A stretch of DNA of 64,000 bases. It comes from Octopus sinensis. Taxonomy: Eukaryota. Shown piece after piece: positions 54,621-64,000 of this stretch (the first letter of the stretch is position 1; every line of letters begins with the position of its first letter). Made by a program: the position numbers and the translations under genes. Location of the stretch: NCBI RefSeq assembly GCF_006345805.1, contig NC_043002.1, positions 65,658,001 to 65,722,000 on the forward strand. The letters run 5' to 3'. The notes under the pieces were generated by a model that saw only the letters and a program-made list of their open reading frames with translations, was not told the origin of the DNA and did not search any database.

Positions 54621-55369
54621 TTCATGTGCTTCATGTGCTGATAGATAGACAGATAGATCTAATTAAAGGCAATCCGTAAAAGATCAGAGCATATCAAAGT
54701 GAAGCAAGCCATAATTATTGGCTAGACAGAATGGCGCAAATCACACAGTTCAATAACCCATTAACATCGCCCATAATGCTTCAATGAAATGAAGTACATT
54801 GTTATTTCTTGATCCGCCAAAAGTATCCGGCATTGAAACGTTATAAACACAGACAAATCAGTTATATGCTACTGCTACAAGAGTCTTTATTGTATTGCAA
54901 ACATGGTGCAGTCATGTATGTAGTATGCGCAACAACAATACGATTATGTAATGCATTATGCATCTCTCAACTCATCAGGTTTACCAAATAAATAAACGAG
55001 CTATGACATGGTGATTAAATCAACAGATCATTTTTTATGGTCTGTTGATTAATCAAACAGACTCTTAATGAAACAAGTGTAACTGTACCACATACTCTTC
55101 AGTCTGTTTTTACTATGTGTGTATGGTATGTGTGTTTGTGTGTGTATATGTATGGCATCGAATTTTCTGGAACCTCTGTGGATTACTGATTTTTCCGAAC
55201 TAGGTGTGGTCACTAAGGTCAACCGACTATAAGTTTAAAACATAAAATTTACTTAACTGATTAAATGAAATACGAATACTTGTACATCGGTGTGTATTCG
55301 TGCGGATTACAAGAGATTTCGGACCATCAGTGTCAAGAAAATTCAGTGATCTACCTGTGAGTGTGTATG

Positions 55370-55410
<41 letters not shown>

Positions 55411-55879
55411 TTTTTCCCTTCTTCTCATTTGTCTGTTTTTATATCTACCTATCAATCTCTCTATCTCTCTAACTCTTCTACTGATCTCTTACCCTTTCTC
55501 CATTCTCCACTATTTCTCAGTTCCTTCCATTTTATTTTCTTAATTACGCACCGACATTCTGTTGACATTTATATTTTTCTCCTGTGAAAGACGTGACCCG
55601 CCCTCCTGTTTACTTGCACACTTCTGCCAAACCAGAAACCGGTTTACTGTTTATTGTTGTCATAACTCGAGTTCCATTATTTTTTTAAGCTGATCAAGTA
55701 TAAAGCTGGTTAGGTATTGCTGGTGCCACACCAACACACCTTTCTGTTCGTCGCCAAACTGTTTGAATACGATTTCGTAACATATGCACCATGAAACACA
55801 TTCTATAGGTAAGAATACACTCAATTAATTATTTCTTCCTACACACACACAACACACGCACACACACAAACACACACAC

Positions 55880-55927
<48 letters not shown>

Positions 55928-56634
55928 GGAGGCAGCGAGAGGGCTTTGCTTGTGATCACTTGTCTCACTAGAAATAACAGCTAAATCTCCCTCAAATTGC
56001 GCTCTACCTTCTTCCCTCTTAAACAAGATGATGATACATTGGATGGATGTTGTGCTATATAGCCAAACCGCCATGTTATCACTGGACAATACATGGATGA
56101 ATAAGGGCCATTTCATTGCGAAAAAAAAGGGAGAACTACTCAGTTCTTTGATTGTCACCTATCAATGGAGGTGAATGCTGGATTATGAAGAATTTGAAGA
56201 ATATGAACAATAGTATTTTAGAGACATTCTCAGAATAAGCTAGACGGATGAAAAAAGAAAAATGAGTGGGTTCTTCGCAAAATAAAGTGCCAGGAAAGGC
56301 TTAAATAATATCATGAGAAGAAAATGGATAACATCAAAGAAGCGATAACATCAAGGTAGCGAGTGGCGGAAATTTTGCAGAACTATGCTGACTTTCACAG
56401 GTCAGATATGGTTAGAGGGCCACAGTAGCTAGGGAAGAAGATATAACAGTAAAACATCGGATACTTATGGGTGAAATGAATTTCATGAGAGGTATCTTGG
56501 CCAGGGCTTACCTGAGGCTAAACAACCATGAAAATACAAACCACAATACACATTCACGCACCCACAGTAGCTCTTTACTAAACTGGTGTTTTATTTGATG
56601 GTTTCTCAGGATGAAAAAGACGCAGAGTTTGAAC

Positions 56635-56823
56635 CAGGGCTATAGAGTCGGAGTCGTAGAGTTGGAGTCGGAGACGGAGACGGAAACAATGAAGGGTAAC
56701 TGGAGTCGGAGTCGGAGTCGGTAAAATAGACCACAATCACTTAATTACATGAGGAGTCAGAGGAGCCATTTGTAGAGGATTCGGAGTCGGAGTCAAAGAT
56801 TTTGTTTCGACTTCACAGTCCTG
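56635..56823. mobile_element. hAT-type MITE with (GGAGTC)n internal repeats
   Basis: TIRs CAGGGCTATAGAGTCG / CGACTTCACAGTCCTG; 8-bp TSD GTTTGAAC / GTTTGAAT. Confidence 0.8.
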
Positions 56824-56950
56824 GTTTGAATAAAGTATCCATAATTTTAGGTGGCAATCAGCGATTTTGTCTTTCATCTTAACAGGAATTTTCTTTTACT
56901 TGTTTCAGTTATTGGATTGCGGCCTAGGCATAACTTTCATGAGTTTAGTC

Positions 56951-57247
56951 CAAAGTTCTCAAAGTGGGCGTTACCGCCCTTCGGTGGACTTTGAGACGGA
57001 CCAGGTGGGCAGAGAAAAAGGAGGCATTGGAAGGAAGGCAGTGGATTGGGGGACGCTATGAATTTATTATACTATTATAATATTCTATATAAATTATATA
57101 ATATTGTAATAAATATCAAATGTTTCATAGTATATATAAATTAATAAAATATAAAATATTTATTTATAAAAAAAGATAGGGGTGGGGCACTGAGGGTATT
57201 TTGTGGGCATGAGGGGGGCGCTGGCCCAAAAAGTTTGAGAACCTCTG
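56951..57247. mobile_element. hAT (Charlie-like) MITE nested in a SINE A copy
   Basis: TIRs CAAAGTTCTCAAA / TTTGAGAACCTCTG; perfect 8-bp TSD GTTTAGTC (56943-56950, 57248-57255). The host SINE spans ~56890-57475(-). Confidence 0.85.
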
Positions 57248-58370
57248 GTTTAGTCGAACAAATCAATCCTAGTGTTTATTCTGTCGATCAGTTTTGCTGA
57301 ACCGCTAAGTCACGGGGACGTAAACACACCAACATCGGTTGTCAAGCGATGGTGGAGTGACCAAATACAGACGCACAAATACACACACACACACTTCTTT
57401 CAGTTTCCGTCGACCAAATCCACTCACAAGGCTTTGGTCGGCCCGAGGCTAGAACAGAAGACACTTAATTGTTAAGTCTGGTACTTATTCTATCGATCAT
57501 TTTTGCTGATCCGCTAGGTTACGGGGACATAAGCACACCAGCATCGATTGTTAAGCGGTAATCGAGCTAACACAAACACACACACATACACCCATATAAA
57601 TGGCAATTTTTATCTGTATCTATTTTATACACAGATGAAATACACATTAAGGATTGGGTGAGACAAATAATGTTTTACCTAGGTCACTCAAGCAAAGCGT
57701 AAGATGAATTTTGATTAACTTATTAACGTAATTTGGCATAAATTGTTGTGGTGCTAAAATGCTTAGCAATTATTTCAGTATTCTCAGGTTGCTGTAACAT
57801 GTATTTTCTTAACGCCTGCACTTAAAATTGTCGGTTCTAACCGTTGCAATCGATATTTTATTCTCACGATCAGTGGAACTATACCCATAAAACACAGCCG
57901 TCAAATTTAAGTGCATGTGCACTTAAAATTTTCTCTCGGATTGCAAAAGACTGTTCCCCAACATGACGAAAATTGTATGCTTTTTTTTTCCTCCTCATAG
58001 CATCTTACGACTGTTATGACCGTTGCGTTGCCGCCTCTGCACTGCACCCTTTTTTGTAAGTATAAAATCTCTTTTCTCTAAATAAATTTTTGTTTACTTT
58101 TCAAACTTTTTTGTTCATTTTTTTTTCATAGCACTCCTTTACAATTCCCTTCTTGGTGTTTCCATTGATTTGCAGCTTTCCACTCATCTGACCAAACGAT
58201 TGTCATTTTCCGATTCCACACGTATTTATTTGTGTTATTGTTTCATGAATGAATTTGCTTACGCATTCTATTATCTGTCTTGATTTCGTTTTCTACCTGA
58301 GAGAAATTTATTTGGCATTGTAATGGGTACTGAGAATATCCTCCCTCGCGGGTATAACCAGATACCTCAG

Positions 58371-58412
<42 letters not shown>

Positions 58413-58509
58413 ATAATATATATTATATATAATATATATATATATGATTTGCCCAATAGTGGTTTTAATCACTAATTTAATTTATATATATATATGCTGA
58501 AATGCTGCT

Positions 58510-58835
58510 AAGACCCCTTTCGGTCACGAATGACCATGAGATTACACCTAGAAAGTTACCCTCCCAGGCACAAATCCGGGCGATGATGTTTATGGAAGAC
58601 CAGCAGTCGCCCATGCATACCGGCCTCCCTTCTCCACGCCACCAGTGTTATCCAAGGGAAAGGCAAGGGCCGATACAGCTTGGCACCTGTGACGTCGCAA
58701 CTCATTTCTACCCTGAGTGAACTGGAGCAACATGAAATAAAGTGTCTTGCTCAAGAACACAACACGTAGCTCGGTCCAGGATTCGAACTCACAATCTCAC
58801 GATAGTTAACTCGACGCTCTAACCACTGAGCCATG
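58510..58835 (-). mobile_element. Near full-length SINE family C
   Basis: Minus-strand A box TGGCTCAGTGG, B box GTTCGAATCC, CORE-like TGTGTTCTTGAGCAAGACACTT. Confidence 0.85.
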
Positions 58836-58849
58836 TACCTTCACATGCA

Positions 58850-58885
<36 letters not shown>

Positions 58886-60214
58886 TGTGTGTGTAGGTAT
58901 GCATGTATGTACGTATTTATATATAATATATATATATATATATAATATATATATATATTCACACACAAAACGACAGGCTTCTTCACTGTCTCCGTCTAAT
59001 AAATTCACTCACAAGGCATTGGTTAGCCCAAGGTGCCACGTTAAATCCGAATCCGAAACCACGTGATTGCAAAGCAAGCCTTTTGACCACACACCCATGT
59101 CTCCTGTACCAGTCATATATTGGGGTAAATTTTCCCTGCCATTCTTTACTACTGCAAGTTCACGTTCCTGTATTAATGTAAACCATCATTATATAAGCTT
59201 ATAGACATACGGACATCACTCATTTGTGTGCACTGGATCTCAGCTCATGTTTTTCAGTTGGAGACCTTATTCTGTATGCGTGTTTAGGATGATCCAATGA
59301 ATGTACAGGAGTCATTGCGAGTATATATGTCTATATATGCGCTTGTTTGCACATGCATGTTTGTGTATATGTATGTGTATTTTTCTGTGTACCTTTGTAT
59401 GTTTACTTAAATGAACGTATTTCTTTGTATGCGTTCGTGTATAATTATCTCTGTGCGTGTGTGTATGCGTTTGAAAGAGTATGTATATTTTAGTGTGAGT
59501 ATGTGTATTTTCTTGTGTGTTCGTATTTTTTTCATGTGTTATTAAGTTCGAGTGTCCGAGTGTGTCTGTGTACAGTATTCGTGTCTTCGTCAAACATTCC
59601 AGAACATTTAATATTGTTATCGAGAAGAAAAAAGAAAAATGGCGAACGACAGAATTTGATGACCGCCATATTGAAAAGTACTGATTCACAGCAAACAACA
59701 CTGGCCCACCCACTATTTGCCCGGTAATAACACACATATGTTAGCTATGAGACTTTCCTACATCATTCTCTCTCTCTCTCTAACTGTCTTTCTTTCTTCT
59801 TTCCCTTTCTTTTCCACCTGTGTTTCTTTTTCTCTTTTTATTTCTTTTTCCCTTGGTTGTTCGTTTACATTTTGTAGAAGATATTTTTTGTCATTTTTTG
59901 AGAGTATATTTTTACTTTTTTTGACAAATTCATCTCTGACCTTGTTAAAATTTTCAGTACACGCACTTCCTAAACACGTATATATAAAAACTTATTTCCA
60001 ATCTTTGTGTGTTTGTGTGTGTGTGCGCACGCGCCCCAATGTTTTGATCGGCCCGGAGCAACGGAAACCGAGGCGTCCACATTAACATCTGGTGCTGTTA
60101 TTGCGTACGTATCAACATTAAAGCCACTCCCATATGTATTGCAAATGACAGTATTAATATTACAAAGACGCTATAACCTTTGCTGAAATATTTAAATATC
60201 ATTGGTGTTACTAA

Positions 60215-60735
60215 AGCGGCGAACTGGCAGAATCCTTAGTGCGTCGAACAAAATGTTTAGCAATATTTCTTCTAGCGTTTTCCGTATTCAAACGCTGCTG
60301 AGGTGAACCTTCCCTTTCATGTTTTCGGGATCGATAAAATAAGTACCAGTTGCGCACTGAGGTTGATAGAATCGACAGGCACCTACCCCCGAATTTCTGG
60401 CCTTATGTCTATTGTAGAAAGGCGGCAAGATAGCAGAATTATTAGTGCGTCGGACAAAATGTTTAGTGGTGTTTCTTCAGCTTTTTGTATTCTGTATTCA
60501 AACCCTGCTAAGGTTAACCTTCCTTTAAGTACCAGCTGCGCACTGAGGCTAATGTAATCGACTGGCCCCTACCCACAAAATATCTGGCCTCATGGCTATT
60601 GTAGAAGAGCGGTGAGATAGCAGAATCCTTATGGCGTCGGAAAAAAATGTTTCCGGCTTTTTGCGTTCTGTTTTCAAACGCTACTGAGGTCGACTTCTTG
60701 TTTCATCATTTCGGGGTCGATAGCATAAAGTACCA
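60215..60735 (+). mobile_element. Three tandem diverged SINE family B units (~190-200-bp period)
   Basis: GCAGAAT..GCGTCG..AAAATGTTT..TTCAAAC.CT.CT.AGGT repeated at ~60225, 60433 and 60620. Confidence 0.75.
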
Positions 60736-61244
60736 GAGAAGCTCAATTATAAGGATAACAACAACTGCAGAAGCAGCAAGAACAACAAGAACATGAGTCA
60801 ACAAGGGATTCTCTTCATAAGTGAATTTTTTCAACCTTTTTCCAGGCAGAGTACATTGACTAAAGTACTAAAAGCATTATAACACACTATAAGCTTTTTA
60901 AAATGCTACACACACACACACAAAAAGACACATACATACACACATGCATACATACACGCTTATTAAAAAAACAAAAATAGTTTGAAGGCTTTATTGTGAA
61001 CAAAAGAAAGAAAGTTATTTACAATTTTATCAAAATAGGTTATAGGTTTCAATCGTTATGTAACACGATTTAATCATGTTGTAAGAGAAAGGGAAATAAA
61101 TTTGAAATAAAATTAAATTAATCTTTTGTGATATCATTTCTAGATCTTCAGGTGCTTTTCTTACCAAAATCCCACGGTACTGGCAGTCGGTTTCCTTGTC
61201 GTGTATATATGTGTGTGTGTGCGTATGTGTGTGTTTGTGTGTGT

Positions 61245-61592
61245 GGAGTCGCAATGGCCCAGTGGTTAGAGCACGGACTCGCGGTCGTGGGATCGCGGTT
61301 TCGATTGTGTTTATTGAGCAAATACACCTAAAGCTTCACGAGGTTCCGACAGGGGGTGGTGGCGAACCCTGCTGTACTCTTTCACCTCAACTTTTTCTCA
61401 CTCTTCCTGTTTCTGTTGTAGCTGTATTTCATAGGGCCAGCCTTGTCACACACTGCGTCACGTTGAATCTTCCCGAGAACTGCGTCACGTGTCTGTGGAG
61501 TGCCCAGCCACCTGCACGTTAATTTCACAAGCAGTCTGTTCCGTTGATCGGACAACTTGGAACCCCCGTCCTCGTAACCGACGGAGTGCCAC
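61245..61592 (+). mobile_element. SINE family E
   Basis: TGGCCCAGTGGTTAGAGC head; tail shared with family D. Confidence 0.8.
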
Positions 61593-61684
61593 AGATTTGT
61601 ATATATATATATATATATATATACTTGAAAAGTTAAACATATATATATACATACATACATTCATACATACTCACACACACATGC

Positions 61685-61770
<86 letters not shown>

Positions 61771-62534
61771 TGTCAATTCGAGGAGGTTAGATCCATACTA
61801 GGCTTTAAATAAACCCCCAAATCCCGCTGGTTAATCATTATCATACAAGGTGAAAGTCTCGACGATATAGTAGGGGTTATTATAGTAACATATATTATTG
61901 ATATTGAAAGAAACAAAATGGAGAATTATGTATGTTTAAATCATTTATGTGAATGATATAAAAATGTTGAATTTTTTATAAAATCAATACAAATAAATTA
62001 TGAATTGTAAATTGTACATATATATGTTACTCAAAGAAATTCCAACTTTGACTTTCACGTTTTATTTACAATTTTATAATAATATAATATAAGGTAATAT
62101 GTTAAAATGATAGAATATTAAATGTCCATTCTGATTGAACTAGTACTTTCATGAATTAATCTATGCAATCTTTAGGTTCATGTAGAATTGGTGACAGTTA
62201 TGTTTTACAATTTATAACTGTATATATAATTGATTACTTCAAATAAACAAGCAATCAAAAAGAGAGAAAGAAAGAAAAGACAAACGTGAGGACGTGAACA
62301 AGAAATATATTAATTAGACACTCGGTGCATAACGTTTGGAGTATAAATCGTCGGAAGCAGGAAAGTCCGAAGAGAAAGCATGAAAAGTAGGGAATAGTCC
62401 ACGCCAATAGTCCACGTGCAGTGGTATGTATGTATGTATGTATGTATGTATGTATGTATGTATGTATGTATGTATGTATGTATGTATGTATGTATGCATG
62501 TATGTATGCATGTATGTATGTATGTAGTGAATTA

Positions 62535-62832
62535 GCGTGGCTTAGTGGTCAGGGCTTCCGCTGACGATTGTAATTCCCGGCGATGCGTTGTGTACTTGAG
62601 CAAGACACTTTATTTCACATTGCTCCAGACCATTCCGCTGACAAAAATGCGTAGTACCTCTATTTCAAAGGGCCAACGTTGTCACACTCTGTGTCACGCT
62701 GAATCTCCCCGAGAACTACGTTAAGGGTACACGTGTCTGTGGAGTGCTCAGTCACTTGCTTGTTAATTTAACGAACAAGCTGTTCCGTTGATCGTATCAG
62801 CTGAGACATTCGTCGTCGTAACCGACGACGTG
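62535..62832 (+). mobile_element. SINE family D
   Basis: TGGCTTAGTGG head, CTTGAGCAAGACACTTTATTTCA core (as in family C), tail as in family E. Confidence 0.8.
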
Positions 62833-63072
62833 TTCCTTTTTTATATGTGTGTGTGCGCGAGTGTGTGTATATAATTTCTATATAAATAAGGCTAAGTTTA
62901 TTTTAAATAGTGATCAAATCAAGTGACAGCATGGGAAGAAAAATCCTACAGGTTATAATAATTATTAAAATTATAAATAAGGGTATCTAAGCTATTTCAA
63001 GCATGGTGAACTCGTTTGTTTTCGTATTTCATGATGAGTACACAGTCGGTGACGTCTTGTACCCATATATTC

Positions 63073-63129
<57 letters not shown>

Positions 63130-63716
63130 ATTATTTCACCTTTTTGATGCGACTTTATACAGCTTTCATCCTCCTTCTCTACTCGCCTTTTCCTCCCCTC
63201 CCTCTTTCACAGTTTTCTATCTGCCTCTCTCTCTCTCTTGCTCTTACTCGTTGCTTACACGTGACCATCGTCCATCTTTCTTTTTCTCACGTAACCATAT
63301 TTCTCTTCCTGCACGGTCTTTCAAAGGGTTGCACGATTTTTTCTCTCTCTTCTACCTTTTCTCTTCTTAAATGAAATATTTCTCCTAGCGTTCACTGTTT
63401 TCTTCTCGTTCTGGTCTAATGACCCTCCATCCTTGTTTTCGTTCTATTTCCTTGTTTGTGTTCCCAACTTTCACCCTCCATAAATACTAAATTTCATTTT
63501 GGAATTTATGGGAGCAACTGTCTTTGAAAACTCATATTGTCGTTGAATGCTCGAAATGAGGACTAAACAGACAACTTATGAAGGGTCGTTTCTCTGTGTT
63601 TACTTTTGCTGTTTTCCATTTTTTTCTCTCGTTGTTTGCGTATTTCATTCGTTTGTTTTCGTATTTCATGTTGTTTACACAGTTGGTGACGTCCTGTAGC
63701 CAAATATGCATATATA

Positions 63717-63752
<36 letters not shown>

Positions 63753-64000
63753 TGTATGTATGTATGTATGTATGTTTGCTTCCCAAACACATGGTTCTGG
63801 GTTCAATCGCACTGCGTGGGACTTAGTGCAAGTTTTCTCCTATAGTCTCAGGTCGATCAAATCTTTGTGAGAGGATTTGGTGAACAGAAACTGAGGGAAG
63901 CCCCTCGTGGGTATTGAAATTATTTTGAAATAGAGGTGGGTGCAAGCATGGCAAATTGTACTCTGCTAAAGGTGGCATTTTACAAAGCAATCCCTGCTAT

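Overview
AT-rich, repeat-saturated animal genomic DNA. It is probably octopus or another coleoid cephalopod, an inference from the SINE and microsatellite landscape. No intact host gene is visible, and nearly all short ORFs in the track are microsatellite translations. The window holds a head-to-tail cluster of decayed R4/Dong-clade non-LTR retrotransposons in (TAA)n (0.6-8.6 kb) and many tRNA-derived SINEs. It also has two tandem non-autonomous Helitrons, hAT MITEs with 8-bp TSDs, a Tc1/mariner relic, several fold-back palindromes and a 100-N gap. The main finding is a ~3.1-kb array at ~50985-54060 of ~532-bp non-coding units, inserted in (TA)n with an internal inversion. Each complete unit carries a type I hammerhead ribozyme with a canonical core (4 on +, 1 on -), making this a candidate retrozyme / Penelope-dependent circular-RNA element. 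Two other repeat families carry minimal hammerhead-like motifs: a tRNA-headed SINE-like element (16280-16720) and a (TA)n-associated repeat with a CUGUUGA core variant (33882-33919, partial copy at 48697). All calls were made by eye, and many repeat boundaries are approximate.
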